A DNA stretch of 63,476 nucleotides, filler included, from Hausera hauseri (Eukaryota): assembly GCA_046269625.1 (NCBI GenBank). It is 11 parts of 11 records of this genome, joined end to end, with 100 filler letters (N's around TTAATTAATTAA, not from the genome) between each part and the next. Parts side by side here need not be neighbours in the genome. Positions count along the whole stretch, not along the records: positions 33,796 to 38,403 come from JBJURY010506797.1; positions 38,504 to 45,151 come from JBJURY010078658.1; positions 45,252 to 49,969 come from JBJURY010463133.1; 8 more parts are not named here. One strand, given 5' to 3'. The position numbers and the translations under genes are program-made. Shown here piece after piece: positions 35,595-48,307 of the stretch. Below the pieces are notes generated by a model. That model was not told the origin of the DNA, did not search any database, and saw nothing but the letters and a program-made list of their open reading frames with translations. Each line of letters begins with the position of its first letter. The stretch's first letter is position 1.

Positions 35595-38500
35595 CACATG
35601 ACAATTCATCATGTGAACAATAAAAAATTATTAAACCCTATATTTTCGCAGTAAGGCACTATGTGTGTGTATTTAACTTAAGCGTGACAGCACATAATGG
35701 AAATCGCTTACATCCCACCCCTGATTAGGTAAAATTAATCATTTATTCCACCCCAACAATAAAAATAGTAAAATACATCCTGAGCTAACTCATAGGTTGA
35801 GCAGGTCAACTGTGTTGCACCTGTTCACTACCTCACTTAGATGGCATCCTAGTGTATGAAAGTATTAACATTAGCTCACTAACATTTCAAACAATAAAAC
35901 AGTCATTTTGATTAGAAATTGATTGGTTTTATACCTACAGATTCATACCTGCTACGTGTGTGCATACATATATCAGTGTTACCATTAATTGCTTTCAAAT
36001 GTCAGCTGGGGGAAGGGAGGGGTTGGTCCGTCGCGTCATCGGTCCTCCTCTGGTCCCACATGGATAGTAGAGAGGTGCAGAGGCTGGAGTTTCCTGCTGG
36101 TTCATCTGGTAGGCCACAGGTGGTGGTGACCTGGACCGTGCCCCAGCGATGGTCATTTGGTGGTCCACACCAAAATCAGACACTCATGGTAACTAATCAC
36201 CGTTACCCTGAGCAACAGAGAATCCTGAATTGCTATAAACCACATCTAGAGATTGTTATCTGCCACCAACTCTTTAAGAAAACAGCTGACACCTGTAATA
36301 AAGTTTTTCAATCAAAAATTATGTCGCTTGCGCACAAGAGATATTTTCACACAAAAATAAAATTCATTATGACCGCCAGCTCTGTGGTCCTGTAAATAGA
36401 GTAGATCATTAGTTTCACCACCTCAACATAAAACTTTTACCGAGTTGCATTCTGTAATTCAAATCTTTAGTAGAAGTCTGCCATTCAAACCTGTGGAATA
36501 TTTGTTAAACAATCAAAAAATCATAAAGTTAAATGTTAAACAATTTATACATTTTCTTTCAAACTCGATCACTACAGTTGTCCTCGGTTTCCCCTGTAAT
36601 AAAATGCACCACACCCAAATCTGTGTCCGCATTAACTTGTCCATGTAGGGTTTTTGCTGACCTGCAAGAATGCTGATCTGAATTCTCATCACAGATCAGA
36701 GCTCTCACAGAATCAACTCACCTTTCAATGGAACTGAACTGATACAGCTTTTTCTCTGCAGTGTGTGACCTTTAAAATTAACCTTTTTAGCATACATATC
36801 CCACAGCAAGATTATTATACACATTATACATTTTTAAAACCTTAACCAGTCATCCAGTCTGTCATATTAGTGTCAGTCAAGTTTTCTCCTCCCCCTTTCA
36901 ATCCAGATCCTTTGATTGGCCAAAAACCCCATTTCAGTTCCTGTAAAACAAAATATGTCATCAATATCAAATCACATACAACACACATTAAAACACTATT
37001 GATTTATTCTTCCCCCCAAATTCATCTACACCTTCTGTGTAGTTGAATTTTTCTAATATTAGACTTCCACATTGGTTTTTGTTTTTCTATAAGTCTCCAC
37101 TTCTTCAAAGTTTGGATTGACATCCGTTGGATGTTCAGATTCATTTTCTTTTTTATAAAATACCTCACAAATTTATGCTGCAGCAAGTCCAATTAAATTA
37201 TTCTTATTCACCCTGTCCCAGACTTTCACTCTGTTTGAGTTTATTTATATCATTTTCACCTCCTGAATTTATACACAAAGTCATATTTTGTTGGGAGACT
37301 GCATTTGTTTAAGATAATTCAATATTTACAAACAGCTAGTTAAACCACATCTGTGTACTCTCCTGATTAAGTAACCTGTTAGCTGTTTTAACTCTCCTTT
37401 ATGAAAAAAATTTTCAACTGATTGTCAATTACAAAATCACAAACACCAGTTTCAACTGGCCGACCCCTCAAAACCATTAAAACAAGCCTCTTATTCTTTA
37501 ATTAACCCCTATTCTGTGATCATCTAACGAGCCGACTGTCTTTGTTTTAACTGCACAATCTCTCCCTTAGATCCTCATATTCTTAGTGTTGTTACAAATT
37601 GCCATTAGAACTTTACCAATATATTTCATTTAATCATTTATTTCTATTAGCCATCAAATCCTTTTTACTCAGTTCACTGAACAGTCAAACATTTATTATT
37701 GTATCCGAAGTGAAATCAAATCTTTACCATACATCGACATATCCATCAAGATGTCCACTAAATACATTTTCATTAAGTAATTTTTACCCTCCTCACTGCT
37801 GTGTCACACCTCTAGGTTTGTCTTATCTGTTAACAAATTTAACATTTCTGTTTGAAAATAGTGGCCACCCATCCATGAAAACATTTTTTCTTCTTATAAA
37901 AAGTGCAACTATTTTAATCCCCCCTTTTTAAATCTGCTGTAAGCTGTTATGTGCAAGACATGTATCTTTTTCCCCCTTCTTTTTCAGCCAAGTCAGAGCT
38001 GAAGAGTCAGTTTTAAGCCTCAGCTATACTCAACTCTACCAATTTAAATAGTCATTACTACAGGAGTCCATTTGTCCTAACAATGTAATTTCTTCTCTAA
38101 CCATGTCAGGTTCATCACCTCAGAAGGTTTACTGGTGGAGTCACCTAAAAACAAAAAACAAAAAATGAAACAAGAACAAATTCCGCACAGAAAGTCATTT
38201 TTTCACACTCTTTGTAACTCCTATCTAATAACGTCCACAGTCGCAAACTCAACACTATTTATTTTTGTTAAAAAGAATAATGACTGTTACTGCCTTAGTG
38301 CCTCCCCGTAGAAGAGACAGTCTGAGCGCGCAAGTTTAAACCTGTCTGTAAGATACCGCTCCAAACACATTAATATTTCGCATCATAACACCATTTACGT
38401 CTGNNNNNNNNNNNNNNNNNNNNNNNNNNNNNNNNNNNNNNNNNNNNTTAATTAATTAANNNNNNNNNNNNNNNNNNNNNNNNNNNNNNNNNNNNNNNNN

Positions 38501-39380
38501 NNNACGTATTTAACTCCTATAATTTATTGTTTATATCATATTGTTTAAATTAACTTTTTTGTGCCTTAGAGTTGGTTATGTGTGTGCGGGTTATTAAAAA
38601 TCCAATGATTTTCTTATTATGCGAAACACTTGCATTAATGTCTAAAAAAGACATCTATAAAACCTAAAAAATCGATGTTTTGTAAAGTATTTGTCTAAAA
38701 CCGCATAAAATTTCATGTGTTCAAAGTTCATATGTACATAGAAAATTCATTTTCTTTTGCTATACGTTGGTTGACATGCTTAAAAACTTTCCGACACACA
38801 TAGCTATAATCAGTAACCGACGACCGATAGATTGAACCCGGTTATGTTGAATTTCTATAAAAATTTTTCCCGTTTCCAAAGGGTATAGCTTTTGCCGATT
38901 TTCAACGTTTCTCATCGCACTTCCGTTCGGGAATATGTTATTTCCATTCGAACACCATTATCGAATATTGCACGTCATGGGCTTTCGTTTACTGCACTAC
39001 ATTACACTGGATTCCATCATCAGTGCACAAACACACATCAGAGTCTGTACCACCATCCTTTTATCGTGCGTCGTCCGTTTGGTTCTGTTCGACTATTTAT
39101 AGGCCGACTGTTATGGGACCATCAATTTTTGGTCGATAACGTTTCTAACTTCATCATAAACCATACATGGATTTTGGATCTCTTTTTCTCCATCGTCTCA
39201 TGCGGCAGCGCGCTATCCGATCGATTTCGTTACTTCGGCATTTGATGTATCATCGTTCGCCCATAATTTCTATGTGTCACACTTGACCATCCATCATTTT
39301 CTTCTAACATCCACTTTTCTCGTGAACTTCCCCTGCATCTTGGGTGCACCGTGCACCTTTTCCGGTGTGATTTTTGACAT

Positions 39381-39770
39381 CTACATTATCGAATTGACAA
39401 ATCCAGTACCCGTATGCGCATCAATCACGCTTAGTATTGGCTGCATGTGGAATGATCTTCAACCCACATTTCTATACCACTTAACTGCACTGCTTTTCGA
39501 AAAAGCTTACGGTTTTCCGGATTGGTTTTCCAACAAAACCTTAATTTCACCACGAAAGTCTGAATAAATAACACCGCCCACAACCATCAGTCCAAGCTTT
39601 TCCAGTCCGTTTTTCGATAAAAGTTGGCCGTATTAACCGAGTGGAATCATCAATCGAATCTCAGTCGTTATGCATTTGATTGTGCTCTCCGAAATTATCT
39701 CACTGCTTGCCGTAACATACCTCGGTACAGTAAAACTTTCACCCGTCAAAATAATCTTCACATCATTCAT
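39381..39770 (-). pseudogene. dut: Trimeric dUTPase (absent from the ORF track)
   Basis: Manual translation: MNDVKII..ITTEIRLMIPLG*YGQLLSKNGLEKLGLMVVGGVIYSDFRGEIKVLLENQSGKP*, matching dUTPase motifs II/III (RSG; GVIDxDYRGEI). Confidence 0.85.
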
Positions 39771-40568
39771 TATCATTATTAATGAAAAGCCCATTACACA
39801 TGTATATTTATACTCATTGTTGAAGAAGAAAATTATAGCAACAATAACAACATTTATTGGTAATCAAAAAGTTCTTCGGATAAACGCCAAATCGGGCTTT
39901 TCACATCGTCCTTTTTGTATCCTTGAAATTCAATGTTGAGTCGACACTTTAAATCATCGGGCACATTAGACATTTTACAACCGATAAAATCAATCAGTTT
40001 AGATTTAGTGGCCGGTAAAATGGCATATTGCTGTTGTAAAGCCGTTTAATTTAACTTTAATGCCATGTTTAATTGAGTTAAAGCATCACCAAGTTTCGCA
40101 ACATTTTCATTCGATAGCTGCTTTACACGATAACTATACTTGGGTATTGTCACCAACATCGTATCATTCAACGAAATCTTTAGGAACGTTTGCAGATAAT
40201 GCATTTCATACTTTCGAAAACGTCGCGTCGGTAAAAATGTCGGTGTTTGATGTGTGGGCTTTAATTTTCGATCCTGTATTCCATTAGTCATTCGCGCTTG
40301 TCGTTTTAATTTAGGCTTTTTTAATTGTTATACAGGTTCTATTTTCGGTTCCAGACAGTTGATATTAAAATTGGTGAAATCAAGCACTCGCGACAAATCG
40401 GAACTAATCATCATCATCACCATTGAGTATAATCGCTTTATCTTCATCTGACATGCGTTTACCGCCAATAATTCGCCATTGCCGTTTTAATATCGGTTTT
40501 ACTAATTGTTGGACAGGTTTCGGTTCCAGGCAGTTAACATTGTCATTTTTGTCACCAAACAGCCATGA

Positions 40569-41158
40569 CTAATCTATACTTTCGTCATTGTCAGGAGTAT
40601 TATTCAGCAGAATCGTTTTATCGTCGTTTTCCACCGTAGTAATATTTGCACGAATATGAGATTGATATTTATAGTCCATTAGCCAGAGTATATTACTTTG
40701 ATTCAGTAAAACACTTATGTGGTGTTTAATTTGATTAATAGTCGTTTCATAGTTGATTGACCGAATCTCCAATGCGACAATTTTTCCACTGCTAAAAACA
40801 CATTGACACAAAGTGGGTGGAATAGTGTTAGTCGCAGTGCAGGAAACAGTTCGGGCTCATAAATACATTCGGTCGCCATTGCTAATTTGTGCGGATTAAT
40901 TGATGGTGGTGATGAGCAATCTAACTGAGTCGTTACCGTTACTGATTGAATTTGGTCACTGACAATTCCGAATGGTAGATATCTGTCATTTGCGATTGGT
41001 TTGCGATAACCCATAATACGGCACTTTCCCGATGGAAATATAATGCATGTAATATCCGGTGGACATTTCTGGATATACTGCCTCGGCTTCCATTGATTAA
41101 ACGGCAGTGCATTAATACACTCAGTAACATGTTCGCGGTAGTTGATATTGGCTATCAT
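40569..41158 (-). pseudogene. TATA-binding protein (TBP)-like two-repeat core, one frameshift near 40790
   Basis: Repeat 1: IANI..TCIIFPSGKCRIMG. Repeat 2: IQSVTVT..IYEPELFPALRL..CVNVF/SSGKIVAL. Compare TBP YEPELFPGL..LLIFVSGKVVLTG. Confidence 0.85.
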
Positions 41159-41214
41159 GATTTATTGAAACAGTGTTCATGTTGCACCTATTTATATGTG
41201 TGATTATAAACAAA

Positions 41215-41855
41215 ATGTACAAGAAATGCATCACCAACGAAAGGAATCTTAATAATAGTGCCATTTTCCAGATAATAGGCCCCAGTTGAAGTGGCAAAAC
41301 GCACTTTGTTTGCAAATTGCTGCAGAACTACTGTGACATATTTCAACCTCCGCTGTTCAATCACATTTACTGGGATCAGGGCAGTGGTCATGATGGAGAG
41401 TCCGGTTTGACACATCAGGAATTTTGTAAGCTAAAATCGATAACGGTAATTGATGGGTTTGATGAGAAATGGTCTATGAGATTACGCAACGGTGAGGTTA
41501 TTGTCATTGATGATTTATTTCAAGAGTCAATGAAACAAGCCTACTTCAACAACCTGTTTCCGAAAATTGCACGACACCGTGGGGTGACGGTTATATTCAT
41601 TACTCAAAACATGTTCCATCAGTTTGGACAGCATCAAACAATAGATCTTAACGTACACTATTTGTATTGTTCAAAAATCCTCGTGATCAGACTATCATTG
41701 ATTATGCTGCACGACAAGCACTTCTTCACAACCGAGCCTACTTGATAGATGCATATCATGATGCTACGACCGAGCCACACGGACACTTGTTCATTGACAT
41801 CACGCAACAGTGTCCCGATGACATGCGTGTACGAATAGACATTTTCAGACAGTAA
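41215..41855 (+). pseudogene. Polinton A32-like packaging ATPase
   Basis: IFQIIGPS*SGKT (Walker A with GGA>TGA), VIVIDDL (Walker B), RHRGVTVIFITQN, FKNPRD, PHGHLFID. Confidence 0.92.
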
Positions 41856-41894
41856 GGTGTATGTATCTATAAACAAATTTGAAAATCGACGAAA

Positions 41895-42079
41895 TGATTA
41901 TGATAAAAATGAAGAATTTCCTAAAAACAATTGTTAAGCGTAAACCTACCAAGCGGGTTTTCGGCAAAAAACGTGTCTCAAAACGAACCGCTACAGTCAA
42001 GCGACTAATCAATTCTGTGCTTCGATAAACAGCAGCAACAACTAGAAGCAAATTAGCGTCACAGTGGCAACGGTTATAA
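41895..42079 (+). pseudogene. Small Lys/Arg-rich protein (putative core/DNA-condensing protein)
   Basis: MKNFLKTIVKRKPTKRVFGKKRVSKRTATVKRL; paralogue at 62185..62397. Confidence 0.45.
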
Positions 42080-42086
42080 ACAACTA

Positions 42087-42419
42087 CGTCTCAGCATCAA
42101 TACGTCCAAAAAATTCAATTCAAACGTTGTCAGCCGTACTTTATTGCTTTGCTCAAGGTACCTACGAGACATAAGAAAAACATGCTACGATCATTCCCGC
42201 AGTTTTTAGTGGACGATTTGATGGAAATTTTATACAATATCGTTGTGGGTCACGTTGACATTGGTAGTGGGACGCGGAATTTACTAAAGTATGGAAAACT
42301 CTCGTAGTAAACAACTTAAACGAGAGGTCATGTACCAGTAATACAGAGGATTTCTTGGTTCAATTCTACCGTTTATCATGTCATTACTGGCTGGTCTCAT
42401 CAGTACTGCAACAGCATAG
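42087..42419 (+). pseudogene. pX-like small protein
   Basis: FIALLKVP..LMEILYNIVVGHV..GFLGSILP. Confidence 0.6.
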
Positions 42420-42559
42420 GATAAATAATGACGGTAAGTATATGGTGATTTGCGATACGGGTACATGGTTTTCATCCTTCTTTCCCAGTTTACTGAATCT
42501 TTCATCTACGTTTCGTTCAAAATGTTGTAATTCGGACAAAACCGACACCATCGACGACA

Positions 42560-43570
42560 ACTATGGGCGACGTGTAGTTCGACCCTCGTCATCCTGTCGG
42601 GTGTACTAATGTCAACAAACGGACAAAGACAGTCAAACAAACTCGGCAACAGACCCAACGTTGGCTCGGGAAACAGTTAGCATACAGCCTAAACAAACCA
42701 ATAAGAAGGCGGTTTTCAACTCGTGCACACCGTTCTGTGGGTGTAAATAATGCATGGCAAATGGATCTAATGGAAATGATTCCGTACGCCAGCATCAACG
42801 ATGGGTATTGGTACGTGCTGACACGTATTAATGTGTTTAGTTGATTTGCACATGCAATAGCTGTGAAATCTAAATCCGGTAAAGTGATTGCTGACGCTGT
42901 TTACACACTGATACAACAACAACATCCGAAGCATTTACAAACAAATTTGGGTAAGACCGCTACAACGCCCACGTTGTAGCGGTCTTAAAACGGTTGGGTG
43001 TAAACCACAACTTGGTATTTTCCAAATACAAGGCTACACTCGTTGAACGATTTAATCGAACATTGCGCGGCCGCCTAAACAAATTTTTTACGAAGCAGGA
43101 CAACAAAAGCTGGGTAGATGTACTGCCGGATATTATATGCATACAATCATTGACACATCGTGGCATCAATGGACTACGACCGGTTGATGTAATCGATGAT
43201 TTAAATATGTGGTTTTATCAAAGCCGAACACAAAGACAGGAAATTAAACGCCAAAAATATAAAATCAGTTTTTGTGTACGTATTTCGAAAATAAGCACGA
43301 CGCCGTTCATTAAGAATTTCAATCCGAACTGGAGCGACGAGGTTTTCCGCATTTCGGCAATCAACAAAAAACAAACACCTGTCATATACGTTTTAGAGAT
43401 TGAAATCGGTGAGTAAATACGCGGTAAATTCTACGAATAGGAACTGCGGGTACTGCCGGAAGAACCTGATGTGTGTGGTATTCAGGAAATTCTACGTTCA
43501 CGCGGAAAAGGTTCGAATGAACAATATCTCGTCAAGTGGCACGGAGTTGAATATTTGCATCGCAGATTGA
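42560..43570 (+). pseudogene. Polinton integrase-chromodomain
   Basis: WQMDLMEM, LVERFNRTLRGRL, NWSDEVFRI, QYLVKWHG. Confidence 0.9.
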
Positions 43571-43573
43571 GTA

Positions 43574-44625
43574 ATGACAATTTATTTAGTACTTCATAGT
43601 AACAGATTATCAGAACATGACAACAGCAACAACACTACCGCTGAACGGTTTACCATGGCGTTGGACCAGCCGCTCGAACTACGCCAGGGAACTTGGGAAG
43701 TGGCTTTAGCGGAATTCACATTTATGTTTTCACCAATAACAATACGTGAGAACAGTGGAATATACTATACTCTACTAATACAATCTCCTGAATCTAATCG
43801 TTTGCAATTAAACCGAGACTCTAGTGGAATGTTCCACGTTCGCAATTACAAGCTGCAATATTTCCCGGTTTATACTTTTTCATTTAAACAATCGATTGAT
43901 GCTAAAACACAAACATCCAATTAAATTGAAATTTAAATCACTAGCCGACGCTCAGGCATGGGGTTTTCAATCTGTCAATGTGCGCTCGAAAGGTCTACAT
44001 CTCGGTGGACATAGTATAATTAGTGAAAAATTAAACACCATGAAAACCACCTATATTACAGTGAACTGGCAAAAGACTGAATCATTATTTTACTCTCATA
44101 CAACAGGAACTGGTTTTCTTACGGAAACGGAAAAAACTGTGCGCAACCATCAAGTTTGTAGCTAAATTGGCTCTCAAGACATTTGAATTAAACTTTGATG
44201 GTCGTATTTCGTTTACACTACATGGTAATGTTACATATTTTGCCTTTAATGAACTATTGGCACGGAATCTGAGTTTTAAGAAATGAGAATTCAGTCAAAA
44301 CGGCGGCGGACGGCCCATTGTTGCTAAACACAAACCACGTCTGTAAGAAGCATTTCATGGAATCAATATTTTATCGGATCTAACCGAACTCGTATGGGTT
44401 GGCAAAGACTGTAAACAACTATTAGCTTCTGTCTGACTGGATTCGGACACATAGAAAACAATGGACGAAACTGCTCACGTAAATATAATCCAGCCAATGT
44501 ATTTATCGTTGTCTCACAATGTTGGGAAGAGTATTTCCGTGCATATAGTAGAGAAATTTTGGAAACCTATTAAATTTTTGTTTGCAGCCAAGACACACTG
44601 ATGTTAAATTTTCGTCGTCAATAAT
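43574..44625 (+). pseudogene. Penton A (full span, degenerate)
   Basis: MTIYLVLHSN..FTMALDQPLELRQGTWEVALAEF ... ILSDLTELVWVG..PMYLSL..LNFRR. Confidence 0.83.
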
Positions 44626-44659
44626 AAGAAAACTGCGTCATCACTATTATCATCATCGA

Positions 44660-45151
44660 GATCATCAGTATTTACATGGTGTTGCCCAGCAACAGTTGTC
44701 CGACGACTAGTCCGAACAATTCAGCCAGTGAATACGTTGAAGATGGAACAATCCTTTGGATTTTTCTAGAAAATAGGAGGTTGCACTGACGGAATTTAAC
44801 TTTCCCTACGCACCTATGACATTAAAAGGTAGTATGAAGATAATGTACAACAAGACTGTTACTGAAACCAAAATACATTCTTGTCCTCTGACACTTATTG
44901 ACAATAAAATAACAGTTAGAGAATCGTCCATTTGTACTACCAGTACAAATTATGGTTTATACAGTAAGATCGGTGTTTTTATTTTAGGGGGAAACTTACA
45001 TTTTATGGCAGATTTTGAAATTACTGTGACCTTTGAGTGCTCTGAGATGGCACAGAAATTTGGATTCAAAAATGTAAAGTACAGAGGTAAAGATATTAAA
45101 AGTGAATATGCAGTTGTGCCAAGATTAAGTCCCGTACATTACCAGACAACG
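44660..45151 (+). pseudogene. Penton B N-terminal part
   Basis: SIYMVLPSNSCP..VALTEFNFPY; closely similar to the reverse complement of 11510..11996. Confidence 0.83.
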
Positions 45152-46439
45152 NNNNNNNNNNNNNNNNNNNNNNNNNNNNNNNNNNNNNNNNNNNNTTAAT
45201 TAATTAANNNNNNNNNNNNNNNNNNNNNNNNNNNNNNNNNNNNNNNNNNNNTACTCTTTTTGTGAGGTTGAAGTCAAGTTTACTGGAAGGATCAACATTT
45301 TTGCACACGAACATATCTCCATAAGTGCTCCGTTTTCCTCTATTCTGGAGGATCTCAGCTCGGTGCATGAGATCAGTTACATCGGCGTAGACCCGGTAGG
45401 CTGGTTGATTTTGTTCTAGAATTATTTTCCCGGCAGTGCCGTCAGGCCTATTCTGTTTCGATTTCCAACTGCCACGGAGGTTTTTAAGGCGCACGACAAC
45501 GTATACGGACGTCCGATCTCACTACCCAGAGATCGAGGGTATTTTTCACTAGAAGATCCGAGAGCAGGATTTGAACGCCGCACCGCTAGCACCCGAGGTG
45601 TGTTACATCGACACCAGCTTATTATTATTATATAGTAATGTAATATTATTTATACATTATACTGTTCAGTTTTAAATGAACAACTTCCTGTAATTGATGT
45701 TATATAGTTCTCGCAGACTTCTGCCTGTCTTGCTGCCCAACAGCCTCTGTAATTGATATAGTTCTCGCAGACACTTTCACTCCGCTTATCCATATTTATT
45801 TTATCTACCACGTGCTATGTACCCGGACGTTCTTCTATGGAAAGCATGATATGGTATCTGATCTGGAACCATGAAACGCCATATTTATATTTAAATATAC
45901 GGGCGATTGGGTGCGATATTGACCCGAGCGGTTTGGCGTTCAGTCTGGTAAGGCGAAGGTCCGAGGTTGAAATCGACCGGCAGTTCTGGGTATTTAAAGA
46001 CATTTGGCTAAGGCGTTGCGGATAGGATAATACCTCAGCAGTGTCGCGCTCCAGAGTGCAGTCAGGTCAGGGGAGGTTCTTTTTAGGGTTCCAACGCCAC
46101 TGTATATAGCACTAATGTCACATCCATATTTGCCGTCTAAACGCCCCTGTAGATGGCTATATGTACCGCAAATTGTTTAAATGGTGACATAAGTTGCTTC
46201 TGTTTAAGGTGTTGACTTTTGGGCGAGAATGCCCCAGTTTAGACAATTGTAAATAAGTACTGGGGATTTCTTTTTGATGTTTTCAGGATACTTGGTGTGA
46301 TGTTGGCCACATCACTCCCTTCATTTACATGCTGGTGTGGGCCTAACACTGTATTCTTGTTTTCTTGTTTTATCTTAAGTGTATTATTTCTTTTTTTTAT
46401 TCTTTTTTGTGTGGAAGAGATGCCACTGCAAATGATTTA

Positions 46440-48200
46440 ATCCTGACATATGATGTATGTAAAGGCTTTCAAATAAAATAGGAAGCTGCCATTGTTGCAC
46501 TGGATCTTGAGGATGAACAACAGAGTTTGATATGACACAGTATTCCACCTACTAATTGACATGGAAATAGACCAGTGGATTGTTCGGTGGATTGTCTCCA
46601 TCCTCTTGGCTAGGAAAGTTGCTTTGTGATATGGTACCTGGACATCGGAGGTTAGAGATATAGCACCGGGTCTTCCTCGGGGTTCACCAATATCACCAGT
46701 GTTGTTCAACTTATGCACGCTAGGATCTCACAGTTGGAGGGAGCTCGACCTGGCAGAACACGGACTTATGCAGATGACATCATGGCGTATATACACGGTA
46801 AAGGCAGGGGTGAAATGATGGAACAACTAAAGGAAAACATGGATCGCATATCCCAACAGCAATTCGGTGATCAACCCAGCCAAGACCAAAATCATGTGGT
46901 GTTCTTTGAACAATATAATCGTGAGGGACAGCCTACCAGAGTTCAAACTCAAAAGAGTAGTCACTGAGAGGGAGCAAGATTTGAAGTATCTGGCAGTTAC
47001 CTTCAACAGAACCCTTTCCTACAACAAACATGTAGGCAATGTCATACAGAGAGCCAGGAAATGGGTCGGTGTTGTACAACTGATGGCAAATGCTGAAATA
47101 CCATAATGGATTATGTTTCTCTTAAAGCAAGTGCTGGTGCTAGCAGTTATTGACTACGGTCTGGGTCTGCTTACCTTGTCTCAGATGCAGATAGCAAGAC
47201 TTGAAAAAAATTCAGAATGCGTCCATGCGAGCAGTCCTGGGATTACAAGGGATCCAGCGATCGTGATCATGACTTGCCTAGCATGAATGTAAGACACACA
47301 CTTGCACAGGTGAAGGATTACTTGAAGGTTGCCAGCAGAACTGACCATCATCTACATCAGACGTTAGACGGGGTCAAAGGCAAGCGTGTCAAAGGAGGAA
47401 AGTCGTGGATGGTAAGCGCAGAGGAGTCTCTGAGCAAGATCTGTGATAATGACGAAATAGTGAGGGGCAACGAATAGATACAAGTGTGCTTTGATTAAAA
47501 TTAAAAATGAATGGACCAAAGTAATTATCACACTCGTGACTGGGCAAGCGGTGCAACAGATTGTGAGGTTCAGGAACGTATTCAATGTCACTCAAAACCA
47601 CATGACTCCATTATATTCACTGATGGCTCTGTCACTAGAAGTGTCAAAAGTTGGTGGGGTTTTGTTGTATATTAAAGCAGTTACACATGAATCAGGTGAC
47701 TATCAAAAACTACATCTAGCATGAGCATGGAGATAGAGGCCGTAACAGCAGCACTGAAATGGCTGATCGATCAAAGCATGGCACATACAGCGGTGGTGAC
47801 AGATTCACGGAGCATGCTGCGAAAAATTCCAAACGCACACTTCGAAGAGAATGGATTATTCTTCTGGACCACAGCATAGTTGAAAGTATTAAGGGGAACC
47901 AGAAGGTAGACATGCTGGTCGGAAAAGCAACTGCCCATGGTACGCTGGCAATGGACAAATCAGACACGATGCGGGCCTTAGGTGACAAATTGCGTGGGGA
48001 TAAAGACAAAGAATCGGAAGAGAACAGTTATATAAGAAAAATGGTGGATTCAGGAGTTATGAAGAGAAAAGGAAGAAAGAGTTTACTTTCTGAAAAGGCA
48101 AGAAGAACTTACTGAAACAGTGTTACTGGAACAGAAGGTACGAACACTATTCTGTGTCTGCTGGTACAGGGAGCAGAACAGATATGGGAAAGCCCTGAAT
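46440..48200 (+). mobile_element. Non-LTR retrotransposon (RT plus RNase H; I/Ingi-group-like), degenerate
   Basis: GLPRGSPISPVLFN, TYADDI, INPAKTK, KYLAVTF; RNaseH IFTDGSV, MEIEAV, VVTDSRSML, KGNQKVD. Confidence 0.85.
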
Positions 48201-48307
48201 GCAGGTTCCAATAGCAAATAGCACATAACTGTCATGATCGGTATACTTGTTGCCGACGGTCGTGCCAAGTTTGGATACGTTGATGGATACACTGATGAAA
48301 ATTGGAA

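Noticed and set aside
45921-45985. tRNA-like sequence (also a B-box-like GTTCAAATCC on the minus strand at ~45567-45576)
   Set aside because: No complete cloverleaf could be built. At most these are degenerate SINE heads.
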